Shown here one piece after another: positions 27,099 through 39,239 of a DNA stretch of 64,000 nt (its first letter is position 1; each line of letters begins with the position of its first letter). The DNA comes from Octopus vulgaris (taxonomy: Eukaryota). Location of the stretch: NCBI GenBank assembly GCA_951406725.2, contig OX597832.1, forward strand, positions 15,438,001 to 15,502,000, read 5' to 3'. The translations under genes and the position numbers were made by a program. The notes under the pieces were generated by a model, which was not told the origin of the DNA, ran no database searches, and saw only the letters and a list, made by a program, of their open reading frames with translations.

Positions 27099-27859
27099 AC
27101 CGATCGTGCATTAGTCATCTCCTTGAGAGAAAGATTTAGACGTGAGGTCATTGCCAGACAGGAATTATGAATAGCCCCACCACCACAACCACTCCCGCTA
27201 AAATAAAAGACATAAAATTCTTTATGAATTTGAGTCGTTTTAGGAAGCTGAAATATATCTTTCATATATAAGCTACGTGTGGAAAAATATAAACAAGTAA
27301 AGCTGTAATATCCCTGTACAACATTGTAAACAGCACGTAAAAGACGATGTCCCTATAAAAAGCTGAGAAAAACCATTAATCATATATACATGCTCATTTC
27401 TACAAATATAGATATAACTGTTTCTGTTTTATTGTTTCTTGCTTATACATCATCCATTTTAATGTTTGTGTAGTTCACACGCCAACACGTACAAGCTTGG
27501 ACACATTAAAGGAAACAAGCACCAAACATATATCGTTTAAACAACTTTAAAGGAACAAAATATGAATAATACATAAATAATGTAAGTCGCTTCATTCTAA
27601 CAGAGAAGGAGCAAATATGCTTTGTAAAATAACTATCTAAACAAAGAGAAAATAAGTACGATCTGTGAGTATCAATCAATCACGTTATGAAAGAAGGCTT
27701 AGCACTTCTCCGGAGACAGTGTTCTGTCAAAAATTATGACGGACGATTATTCTCGTAAAATCAGTGCCTAAAGGAAACGTTTTAGAGACTACAGTTGAAA
27801 ATGTTTTAAAGGAAATATAAAAGGAGATAATGGAAGATCTGTATAACATTGAAATACAC

Positions 27860-28450
27860 ATAATAAAAGCTGTTGTTCCAATGGAAGATATTAGTTAAAT
27901 TATATACAACATGCACACATTAACATAAGTTACCGGATATGTGAGAACATTCGGATATAAGTCTTTATGAAAATGAGATGCCAAAGATATAAACTCTTAT
28001 AGAATAATGAGCCCTGTCAGATCTTTTACAAGCCCTTTTAAAAAATCATATCTCATATAATTGAGATTAGAACACTACAGCAAAAGAGGCAAACTGTAGA
28101 CCGCATACATGCTACAAACCAATCTTACACAATATCATTATGTTTGACATTTGTCTATTTTGAGAAAAAATCTTGATTTCTTGGAGATTTATGATATACT
28201 GAATTTACTGGTGGAAAAGAGATTTGAAGATGACTATGTTATTATAAGATGTGTACAACGGCTGTAGAATTACAAGAACGATAAACAAGAAAACGATTGA
28301 TGAAAAATTTGGTAAACTACACAACGATACACCATATCTTGACCAGATAAAGAAACAAATATAATCGGATGTATTTCAAATCATCTCAAATTCACAGAAA
28401 ATAATTTTCAGGAGCATTACAAATTCAACGGAAATACTCAGAGAACCAAA
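27860..28450 (+). pseudogene. Possible very decayed retroviral-type/Ginger integrase relic
   Basis: Broken frames read KAVVPMEDIS*IIYNMHTLT*VTGYVRTF...EPCQIF, resembling the VP..H..H.G..T..CxxCQ zinc-binding region; many stops, motif incomplete. Confidence 0.3.
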
Positions 28451-28744
28451 AAGAAGAAAGCAAAACATGTCGATTCAAGTTTGATCGTTGTTTATATATT
28501 TCCCCTTAATAAGCTCTGCATGACTATATAATCTCCAACCATCATCTCACAGCTGTAAATGTAGTAACACATGAGGAAAACCAGTATGTCTCACTTAGAC
28601 AAATAATATTCATACAGGATAAAAATTAGGCCAAAATATTTGAACGACAATAACATGAAGATGAGCAGCCTTTTAGCAAATTAATTCACACTGCGAGCAG
28701 TAATTTGCCGATGTGTCTAAGAAGAAAGGTGCGATGCTCACCAT

Positions 28745-28870
28745 TCTGTTGAGCCCCCTGTCGGTCATGAGTGACCGTGGGATTACATCGAGAAAGTTAC
28801 TCTCCCGTGGACAAGTCCAGGCATGGTTGTTTATGGAAGAACAGCAGTCGCCCATGCATACCGGCCTCCT
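28745..28870 (-). mobile_element. Short GC-richer interspersed repeat fragment (SINE/RTE-UTR-like)
   Basis: GC-rich island ggaggccggtatgcatgggcgactgctgttcttccataaacaacc on the minus strand; recognised only by resemblance. Confidence 0.35.
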
Positions 28871-29070
28871 AATTTGAAGAGCTGCTGGGAGTAATAATCA
28901 TATATATAGCTATCTATAACTAGCTATCAAATTGTATACGCTCTATTCAATTCTGTTGTTATAAGCTTTCCCACCTGCTCTTTTTATCTTCTCTATCCCT
29001 CTTTCTCTATATATATGTAGATATATATATATATAGGATAGATAGATAGATAGATACATACATACATACA

Positions 29071-29118
<48 letters not shown>

Positions 29119-29125
<7 letters not shown>

Positions 29126-29318
29126 TATTTGCCTGTGTATTTATGCATGCGCGCGCGCAAGTGTATTTGCTTGAGAATATACGTATGTACGCCGACTTAC
29201 GCAAGTCAATATATATATATATTTATATATATATGCGTATTTGCCTGTGTATGTATGCATGCGCGCGCACAAGTTTATTTGCTTGAGAATATACGTATGT
29301 ACGCCGACTTACGCAAGT

Positions 29319-29322
<4 letters not shown>
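29119..29322. repeat. Tandem duplication, ~112-bp period, units separated by (TA)n
   Basis: atgcgtatttgcctgtgtat..gcttgagaatatacgtatgtacgccgacttacgcaagtcaat occurs twice (~29121 and ~29233). Confidence 0.9.
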
Positions 29323-29359
<37 letters not shown>

Positions 29360-30106
29360 TATACGGATATACGCACATATGTATATATATTGTCTAAGAG
29401 TTATCGTAAGGATAAAGATATGAAATAATGTGCTGGTGCCAGTTTAGAAGATGTGTTAATTTGTTCTTTAGTAACGTCTAGTAACACAGTATACCAGCAA
29501 ATATAATTATCGACAAAGAAAAAAGCATGTGTATTGAAGATGTGTTCGTAAAATATGCTCTCAAGTATGTCTATAGTTGTTTAACGTAAATACGAGCTTT
29601 CGGTAACTCGGATTCATTTACACGCTAGAATGTACATAGAGATGTTCCTGTACTTTTCATAAGTTTTCGTATGGAGATGTGAAATTCATTTACAAATTCG
29701 TAACATTGCATGTTGGCTACAAGAGAAGCAGGACTTTCTTGGAGGAAGTAGCTAAAACGCTGCATGTAAGTTCGTGTACGCTCACGCTAGGGCATCATAC
29801 CATATTTTCATATATAGAAATAAATTTATTCAGAATTATATAAGAATGAATGTTGCTGATGACGCTATGACTCAGATACGAAATTGAAGAGCAAGAAATA
29901 TAATTTCCCGAATCGTATACATGGAGGTATTATAACTAAAACGTATTCTGAGTCTGACAGTAAGTTCAAAATATTATTTTGCATTTTTAGTAATATTACC
30001 TCAATTATTGCAAATATTGCTAACAAGGCCAAAATTGTGTATGATTAAAATGATTAGAGAATATTGACAATAGCGACAGCAAGGGTAGAAACAAAAAAAA
30101 TGCAGG

Positions 30107-30154
<48 letters not shown>

Positions 30155-30202
30155 TGAATAATATGAATAATAATAGTAATAATAATAATAATGATAATAA
30201 TA

Positions 30203-30296
<94 letters not shown>

Positions 30297-30322
30297 TAAT
30301 AACAATAATAATAATAATAATA
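30107..30322. repeat. (AAT)n microsatellite
   Basis: Directly visible. Confidence 0.95.
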
Positions 30323-31079
30323 CTGATAACAATTAGGAAAATAACAATAATAATTGTAAGAAAATGTCAATAATATCCATGATAATAGGAATGATCGTAA
30401 TAGAGTCGTTCAAAAACTGACATCATGTCTGTCCATTCGTTTACACTTCCTTCATTTCAGTTTTCATATTTGGATAATTGTGTTGCCAAGAACAAAAATG
30501 TTCGCAGCTATTAAAGTATTGTAAACTTGGCTTTTAAGCTGCCAATCAAAATTATCATATGCGCACAGTAAATATCTTTGCATCACACTAGCTAAGAAAT
30601 GCGCAGACACATACACAGCATTACTACGAAGATAAAATCCTCAGTCAGTAATATACACAAACGTTCGTACTCTCAGTTGCATTCACACCTACGGACATAC
30701 CACGCGCTCACAAGCACCCACAAGTATGTAAATATAAGTATGTAAATATAAATATATGTATGTGTTTGTATATACTCTGCGTCGGAGTGTTAAAGGCACA
30801 AAGAAGGATATATATATATATTACATTATTCTTGTAATTTACTTAATCTTTACTTTTTAATCGTTATTTTAATTTTAACTTTTCTAGTACATGTAACTTT
30901 CTAGATGGGGTAATTTCATTATTCATTTTGAATTGATAAAAGGTTTTGTTTTTTTCTAATATATTATGTATATTATATTCGGTGGAATTTGATTTAGTAT
31001 GTCTTAATTGATATCTTTTTCCTTGTAAGTTTGGATTTTATTCAATTCAAATAATAATAAAAATAATAATAATAATTAT

Positions 31080-31136
<57 letters not shown>

Positions 31137-31252
31137 TCAACACACAAGGTGAAACGCAAATAGCTCAGCGTGAGTGTGTAAATTCTTGAATATTTTCAAT
31201 GAGATAGGATATGATAACTTTCTTCACAACACGCTCCGCATGTTTTGATGGT

Positions 31253-31680
<428 letters not shown>

Positions 31681-31846
31681 ATTTATTCCGAAGAAAAACT
31701 TTTCCCACCGACATGCAGTTCGAAAGAGCCCGCCATTTACCGAATATATGATTTATAAACATTTCCATGTGCTTCGCCGTGGGGAGTAGATGTCTGTTTG
31801 GCTTCGCTAGGTATGTTGGTTGTTTATTTATGTGTTCAGAATCTGC

Positions 31847-31905
31847 TCTACTGATGAACAAAAGACTATTTGATGCGTTAATTGTGAAATCACAGGTGAT
31901 ATAGA
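31847..31905 (+). ncRNA. Type I hammerhead ribozyme motif, intact core
   Basis: UCUA-CUGAUGA-ACAA...UUGU-GAAA-UCAC-AG-GUGA-UA^UAGA followed by AAUAAA; all three stems pair and the cleavage triplet is AUA. Confidence 0.75.
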
Positions 31906-32017
31906 AATAAATTCAGTTTTTTAAATGTCTTGTTTCGGGAACTGCATTAGGTATGATTAGTTAAATTTTGGTAGTAATGACTTATGTCCCTCTGGGCGTG
32001 AGGCATTTATGTGCAAT

Positions 32018-32061
<44 letters not shown>

Positions 32062-32335
32062 CATGTGTGTAAGCATGGCCAACGACCAACAATCCTTTAA
32101 GGGGTGTTTAAACCAAGGCTTCCAGTCTATACCCGTGTCCAGTGATTAACTAATACGTTAATTTTTCTTAGATGTACATTAGAATTGGAAATATTTATGA
32201 ATCAGATATGTAATATGGTATGAATTTCATATCCTTTTACCCGTTTCAATGTTTGTGTATATATATATATATATATTATTAGTGAATTGAAGAAATGGAG
32301 TTGAACGAAGATTGAACAGAAATCGTTTTATTGCA

Positions 32336-32415
32336 TTCTACACGTGTTTCGAAAGGCACAATTTACCAAATTCCGATTGAATAAGGAGACCATATTGTGT
32401 CTTTCTCTTCAGGAA
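32336..32415 (-). ncRNA. Hammerhead ribozyme motif in the inverted pseudo-LTR
   Basis: Reverse complement of the 34376-34455 motif. Confidence 0.75.
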
Positions 32416-32669
32416 GAAATAGGAAATCCGTTGGAAAAAACAAACACAGAACAGAGGCGGAGCTAAACAAAACGAACGAGGCTCCTAAGAGCCCATGGCC
32501 AAACAGTTTATCAATGTATGTTGAAAACGGGTGGTGGGTGTGTTGAAGATTTTAACGGGTCAGGCAGCGGTCATTCCGGTGGGTGAGAGCACGGGGTGCT
32601 TAGATGTTCTTTGTGACCGATAATAAAGTTCTGACTATTTAAAGAATATTAGGTGTATTATATGGGGCG

Positions 32670-33803
32670 GGACAATCTCACACTAACCCAAAACCCGTTA
32701 TTCATCCGAGAATCACCCATCCGAATGCGAGAGCTGGCGTCCCGACCCATCACATAAATAGGAATAAGCATATATGGTTTGTAATTCCCTTTCGTAAGCA
32801 GATTAGAACTAACCTCCCCCTCATGTTTCGACAAGCCATCGCCAATAACTTCCCCAGAAATTCCAAATATTACTCCACGTTTAACTCGCATAAAGTTAGG
32901 ATAGCTTTCTCCAACACTAAAAATCTCGCCCAGATAATCGCCTCCCATAATAATAGGCTGCTTACTAAGACCCTATCACCTTTTTCCGGAGGCACAGCTT
33001 CTTCCGCTCCCGGTTTAACGCTCAGTAGGAATAATAATAGTAGTAATAATGATATGAGAGCCAGTACAGTGACTCATAATCTGACCTCCAACCAGGGTTT
33101 ATATACTAGGGGTATAGTTATAAATAAGGGTGATGTCATTGACGGTAACAATGGCAGCAGTGATGTGAGCGCAGCTCGGCTCGTTAGGGTAGAGAGTCCC
33201 AATAGCAACTCCAGCATCGTTTCCGGCAATAGCAGCACCACGGGCACTAGCAATGACAGCACTCTGAGTGATAGTGTAGAATCAGGGGTTATTCCGTTAG
33301 TTAATAGTGACGTAGTGGAAAATAAAGTAGTAAGCGGCTGCAGTTCTCGCAACAAATATAGTAACAGTAACGCAGTTCTAATTTCAGAAACTAATCCTAA
33401 TAGAATAAGGTTCACGTCGGTGAACTCCAAGATCAGAAACGCCGTCTACCAATGCAAGGTTTGCACGGACTCAGATGTCTACTCTTATGTCGGGGCCTCA
33501 TCGTCAAGATTGGCCTCACGAATCTCCAACCAGTACGCAACATTTCGAGACGTGAATAAATGCCAGACCACGGGACTTAGCAAGCTAATATGGCGATTGA
33601 AGAACACGAACTCAAGCTACAGGCTGGAATGGTCAATTTTGTCGGTGGCCCTTCCATTTGACAGGGGCAGAAGGAAGTGCAACCTTTGTGTCTCCGAACT
33701 CTTCCATATATTGTTCGCCAGAGACCGGATGGTAAACGGACTTTTACAGTCGGCTTTTCGATGCCCCCATTGGCGGCGTTATACTTATCTTGCTTATAAA
33801 TAA
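32670..33803 (+). CDS. Penelope-like element C-terminal ORF: RT thumb end, Ser/Asn-rich linker, GIY-YIG endonuclease (5'-truncated)
   Basis: Frame is open from the inversion junction (~32670) through RNKHIWFVIPF, FNSHKVRIAFSNTKNLAQIIASHN, AVYQCKV..SYVGASS..R, LEWSIL, KCNLCVSE and CPH to the stop at 33803. The ATG at 32823 is internal. Confidence 0.85.
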   Translation, partial: GQSHTNPKPVIHPRITHPNARAGVPTHHINRNKHIWFVIPFRKQIRTNLPLMFRQAIANNFPRNSKYYSTFNSHKVRIAFSNTKNLAQIIASHNNRLLTKTLSPFSGGTASSAPGLTLSRNNNSSNNDMRASTVTHNLTSNQGLYTRGIVINKGDVIDGNNGSSDVSAARLVRVESPNSNSSIVSGNSSTTGTSNDSTLSDSVESGVIPLVNSDVVENKVVSGCSSRNKYSNSNAVLISETNPNRIRFTSVNSKIRNAVYQCKVCTDSDVYSYVGASSSRLASRISNQYATFRDVNKCQTTGLSKLIWRLKNTNSSYRLEWSILSVALPFDRGRRKCNLCVSELFHILFARDRMVNGLLQSAFRCPHWRRYTYLAYK

Positions 33804-34375
33804 CGCTTATAAATAATACCTGCACCCGGTTACACTACTTATATGAAAATAGCCCTTGGAAATAAATTCTGAAAAAGCTTTTAAGAGAAATATGATTAAC
33901 CATTGCAAGGGGAATTACTCCTGGGAGACGAATGGTGTTTTGTTTTGACGACGGGGGTTTCTTTGACAAGGCATGATTAGACGAACACATGCACACATAA
34001 AATATTTTCTACCCCCTGACGGATTTCTCAGCAGTGACCAGAGTGTAGCGCTCCTTACAAACTTGCGGCCGCGCATATATAGAACAGTACACACACACAT
34101 GTTTCTAAGTAGATTTTGCCTCGCCCCATATAATACACCTAATATTCTTTAAATAGTCAGAACTTTATTATCGGTCACAAAGAACATCTAAGCACCCCGT
34201 GCTCTCACCCACCGGAATGACCGCTGCTTGACCCGTTAAAATCTTCAACACACCCACCACCCGTTTTTAACATACATTGATAAACAGTTTGGCCATGGGC
34301 TCTTAGGAGCCTCGTTCGTTTTGTTTTGCTCCGCCTCTGTTCTGTGTTTGTTTTTTCCAACGGATTTCCTATTTC

Positions 34376-34455
34376 TTCCTGAAGAGAAAGACACAATATG
34401 GTCTCCTTATTCAATCGGAATTTGGTAAATTGTGCCTTTCGAAACACGTGTAGAA
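34376..34455 (+). ncRNA. Hammerhead ribozyme motif in the Penelope pseudo-LTR
   Basis: UUC-CUGAAGA-GAAAGACACAAU...AUUGUGCCUUUC-GAAA-CACGUG-UA^GAA; long stem II, palindromic stem III (ACACGUGU), short stem I. Confidence 0.8.
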
Positions 34456-34700
34456 TGCAATTAAACGATTTCTGTTCAATCTTCGTTCAACTCCATTTCT
34501 TCAATTCACTAATAATATTAAAATTCAATTATCCGCACCAACGCACGGTTGCAACACCATATGGTTGTACCTCCAACCGTGCTGTCTTCTGTTGTGATTT
34601 TTGCTACCAAGGTATCGGTTAAACTTTTGATTAATTTGCAACAAGATTATTCATCTTTCTATTTCACAAAATATATTATATATATATATATATGTATATA

Positions 34701-34767
34701 TATAATGGTTAAGAGCACGGGCTACTATCCTCAAGGTTCCGTGTTGATTCCAAGCTGTGACCTGAAG

Positions 34768-34843
<76 letters not shown>

Positions 34844-35025
34844 GCAACAACATAAACATCTAAAAATACCTTACGAATGAGACCCCAGGTTCGAAATTTG
34901 CCCAATACACCTGAAGAAGGCTGGTGAGTATACCAGCCGAAAACTTGTGTTAACAACATACAAAATGCGGACAATTATCCGTTGAATGTAATGAACATAA
35001 TTCCTCATCACTTCAATATAGTGTT
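34701..35025 (+). mobile_element. tRNA-headed SINE-like element with a hammerhead-like 3' part
   Basis: taatggttaagagcacgggctac..gtgttgattcc (degenerate A/B boxes), (AAC)/(AAT) tract, then ACAC-CTGAAGA-A-GGCTGG-tgagtata-CCAGCC-GAAA-ACTT-GTGT at 34907-34950. Confidence 0.6.
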
Positions 35026-35522
35026 CTACACCCTTTTCCTAGCTTCGTTCGTAAAACCAAGACATTACAGTTGTTTTCCAAAGTCGTAGATTGAAATTTG
35101 ACGATGGATATTGTGCAGGAATTGTCATATGGATATTCGTCACTCAATAAACATTAATTCGAAGTGTTCTTATGCCATTTTTATTTGTTTTTAATTACAA
35201 TAACGAATTACTGTTTTGTCTCGCCGTTATTCAGTTGAATTGCTATATATAAATATGAAATCGTGTTTACATAAACACAATTTTATATTTATAATTTACA
35301 TTTCCCAATAGCTGGAGACAATTACATTTTACAGAGATTATTTTGACTAAATATATTGGAATGCTCTCGTGAAGAAATTTTCTCATTTCATATCATAAAT
35401 CCTAGAAGATTCAAATACAAATATTATAGAAAATTAACTTCTCATTTCCGGGCTACTTGTTAAAAATTGCTTTTTGCGTATAAAACATTCTTTTTTAATT
35501 GAATATGATGACCTTTAGACTA

Positions 35523-36082
35523 TTAGGTCGTCAGGAAAGTTCGTGCCAATTTATAGTAGCTTATAATTCTACTTATTTTAGAACACGGTTAAGTCCATAA
35601 AATAGGATTTGACTATATCTCCATTTAGAACACAATTTAAGCTATCTTTTAGTGGAAGAAGGTGTATGTTCCTATAATCTGTGTTAATTCTGTAGCCCTT
35701 TAAGTTGGAAGATAAGAATGTTAATTTTAGGCATTTGATGCTTTGGGAACCAGAAAAAAATTGCTGCAGCTCGGCTCGGATATGCTACCTCATCCTCCAT
35801 GTTCACCAGATATTGCTCCTTCGGATTTCCACTTATTCATATCTCTGCACAACAGTCTTAATGCTAAAATTTCTTTGGATGACGTAAAAAGATACCTTGA
35901 TGAATTCTTTGTCATGAAACCACATCAATTCTGGGAAGAGGGCAATTTCAACTTAAAGGGAAAATGGTGACGTGTTGTGCAACAAAATGTTTCATATTTG
36001 GTTGATTAAATGTGTAATGGCAAGAATTTATTAACCTTATTCTTTCTTTTAAATATCGGCACGAACTTTCCGCACAACCTAA
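35523..36082 (+). mobile_element. Internally deleted mariner (DD34D) transposon
   Basis: TIRs TA|ttaggtcgtcaggaaagttcgtgcc and ggcacgaactttccgcacaacctaa|TA. N-terminal remnant EDKNVNFRHLMLWE is joined to LPHPPCSPDIAPSDFHLF..FWEEGNFNLKGKW (YSPDLAPSD motif). Confidence 0.9.
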
Positions 36083-36956
36083 TATATCGATATTTTCCTA
36101 ATAATTCTAAAGTAGGCAAACGCTATAATTTCTTATTCTGCAATAATGGTTTCTTCCGATCCCTTAAATATAAACGTGTTTTAATATAGTGACATCGTTA
36201 TATCCATGTTATATTGTTTGAATGTTGTCCTATCTGTTATGAACTCAGGCGATCACAGAGAGATAGATTAAAATGTATTTATGTTGATGTCTACAGATAT
36301 TATTCAATTGTCTAATCCTGATATGTGTTTCGGATAATTATACAATATCGTAATACATTCTCGTTCTACCAAATGGTGTAGATTGGCATTGGCCATTTAT
36401 CGATATTCTAATATTCCATTCTGTCTTTAAGAAAAATGTTGACGATTGGACTTCTTGATATTTTCTTTAAGTTAACTTCCGTGTTTCACACTCTCTATTC
36501 TAGCCACATGTTTCTGAACCATATACATTAGCATCTCGGCGTATGGTTCATATTATATCTCCTTGTACCAGAAACTTAATTTTGCTGCAAAGATAGTTCG
36601 GCTTGTGTGAGTAAATGAAATTTAAGTGAAATGATGCTTCGATACGATTTCAAAAATAAATTTTTGTATCGATACGAACTGCTAGAAGGCGAGGATTAAC
36701 TTCAGAGAAATTAAACACAAATGGTAAAGAACTGGAATGAAATATTCAGGGCGTCCTAAGAAACACCCGAAATTGAATAGAAATTCCTTAGTTACTATAA
36801 TTTATTAATTTCTTTTGCATATTCTTAGTTAATGCATGTATATGCAAATATAGTATTGGTATATCCCATTAAAGGTCATTAGAAATTAAATAAAGAAATT
36901 TGATATGTGCGAATATTTATACTCCCCACTGTATATATATATATATAAATAAATAA

Positions 36957-37018
<62 letters not shown>

Positions 37019-37093
37019 AAATATTAGGGAATAAATCCAAACTTACAGGGGAAAATCAGATTTAGGATTGAATCCAATTTTATAGTAAAATTT

Positions 37094-37277
37094 TATATTA
37101 TATTAAATTAAAGATAAAACCACTATTAGGCAAATCATACAATGAAAAACTTAAGCCAATACATAATATTAATTACTAATTTTAATATATATTTAAAATA
37201 ATATAAATTAATTAATTTTATGTATTGGTTTAAGTCTTTTATTGTATGATTTGCATAATAGTGGTTTTATCTCTAAT

Positions 37278-37288
<11 letters not shown>
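37094..37288. repeat. Imperfect inverted repeat (~80-bp arms) between (TA)n runs
   Basis: agataaaaccactattaggcaaatcatacaat / attgtatgatttgcataatagtggttttatct. Confidence 0.9.
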
Positions 37289-37339
<51 letters not shown>

Positions 37340-37600
37340 TCTATTAGGGAGCAAATATTTAAGAAAAAGTGGAAGTGGATTGGTAGCACAATTAGAAAAG
37401 ACACACCAAATGTAGCGAAAATTGCTTCACAGTGGAAAGCGGATGAATTTAGAAGGAGAGGTAGGCCTAAGGACTCGTGACGGATATGAACACAACAGGA
37501 ACTAGATAAAGGGGGACATTCATGGCAGAGCATAACTTATGCGACATGGAATTCAACTATAAGTGGATATATTCCGCGTCGGAGGGTTAAGGGCATAAAA
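37340..37600 (+). mobile_element. RTE/RTE-X LINE 3' fragment
   Basis: REQIFKKKWKWIGSTIRKD..IASQWKADEFRRRGRPKDS*R matches the W-x-W-I-G-H..R-x-R-G-R-P-K-x-T-W C-terminal motif of RTE ORF2. Confidence 0.75.
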
Positions 37601-37601
37601 C

Positions 37602-37645
<44 letters not shown>

Positions 37646-37804
37646 AAAGGTAAAAAAATATACAGACTGGGACAAGAACGTGAAACATTTAGAAGACGAC
37701 ACAAAAACCACGGATGGGACATTCGAAACCTTCAATCTTCAGTCAAGAACCGGATCATCTTCGCAATTTCGATATGTATATATATATATATATACATATA
37801 CGAC

Positions 37805-37960
37805 CTATATATATATAAAACAAGGAATGTGTGTGTGTGTGTACCTGCGTATGTAGTACATACGCATTTCTACCGTTTTCTACCGATTTTCACTAGATTT
37901 ACACTTACATTACTTATCTGCTAGGAATAGTCATGAACTATTGTATTTAACCCGTAGCTC
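37805..37960 (+). mobile_element. Possible Helitron-like 5' end
   Basis: ctatatatatataaaac..gaatgtgtgtgtgt..accgattttcac resembles the inferred 5' end of the 17821-18214 element; no 3' CTAG/hairpin located. Confidence 0.35.
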
Positions 37961-39239
37961 CAGCGTAATGCGAGAGAACGACGCGTTTTGGAAATGTTTT
38001 ATTTCCCTCTCTCTAAAAACTGCAGTTATGAACCGATTTTCTTTCTTTGATCTCTGCTGTTTTCAAATTATTCTCTCCTCTTTCTTTCTCACTCTCTCTA
38101 AGTCACTTTCACATATAAATATTTCTGTTTCTTTCCCTCATGCCATATCTCTCTCCCTCTCTCTCGCTGCGTCTTTGTCTGTCTGTCTGTCTCTGTCACT
38201 TGTCTCTGTCCCTGTCACTTGTTTCTGTCTCTGCCACTTGTCTCTGTCTGTCTGTCTGTCTGTCTCTCTAAGTCTCTGAAAATTGACTACAGTGTATTTC
38301 ATTTTTGTTGGGCGTAAATATATTTGTCCTCACAGTAATTGCACGTTCTCCCTACGTGTTTCCAATTTTCTGCTCTACGTCTATTTAAATACACTTTTTA
38401 CATTTTCCCCTCCAGCGAAAACCGTTGTGTAATATCTCTTCACATTTATTCATTAAATTTTACGTGTGTGTTTGCGCGTTCGATCCGTTCGAGATAGTAA
38501 AGTACATTTCAAACTACTACTACGATGATATCACATATATGAGCGTGTATATGTCTCTGTGCGTGGATGTGTCTCTGAGCGTATGTGTGGGGTGCATGAG
38601 TTTATCTGTCCGTCAGACTGTGTGTGTGTATCCGCGTTAGGTACAATATTAAATATACACACACATCTCCACATACATATACACATGTGACGACTGGCAT
38701 GCAAGAATGTAGGATTCTACGTGCCTCTCTTACTATATGTAAGTGTCTGTATGTGAGAGAGTATGTGAGCGTATCATCACATTTTTTATATGAATGAGGA
38801 TGTGTCTCTGAGTATGTGTGCATTTGTCCGCCTGTTCCCTACATTATTTAACACAGACATGCATCTACACAAATTCTTTACTAAATCCGAATACGTGGCT
38901 GGTCCAATTCATATAAAAAAATACATATCTGCTGTTCCATTATCAGTTCCTAATTATCGCTGCAGTTGCAAGTTTGCAAGTTATTTGCAATTGGCTTATA
39001 TTTCCAAACTGTACGCTGGATACACAAATATAGATATGCAACATGCATACAATTGCTTAATGTATATTTTTCCTATGTACATAATGGTTTGTCTAATTTC
39101 ATAAGTCTGTCTAAATTGGTGTGATAAACAAAAGTTGTTGTGTAGGTAAAGCTTCAACATTCACATCAAAATCGTTTTTTTTTTTTCGTCCTTGCTGCAC
39201 TTCCCTGCATCAACTGTTTCAAAATGAACGTGATATCTA

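Larger units (their letters stand above)
32275..34672 (+). mobile_element. Penelope-like retroelement, 5'-truncated, with an inverted pseudo-LTR at the 5' end
   Basis: ~32275-32669 is a near-identical reverse complement of ~34122-34517; RT-thumb plus GIY-YIG frame between them; hammerhead in each repeat; extra ~155-bp tail on the forward copy; flanked by (TA)n. Confidence 0.9.

Noticed and set aside
29119-29322. CRISPR-like repeat/spacer pattern
   Set aside because: Only two units, the spacers are (TA)n, and the context is eukaryotic.
29850-29900. CTGATGA..CGAAA
   Set aside because: No stems II or III and no cleavage triplet in register.
33804-34120. SECIS / selenocysteine recoding in the Penelope element
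   Set aside because: No in-frame TGA in the surviving ORF and no convincing SECIS fold seen.
37650-37772. Minus-strand CUGAAGA..CGAAUGUC in a short insert between TA runs
   Set aside because: GAAA box incomplete and stems absent; probably a repeat fragment but not a callable ribozyme.
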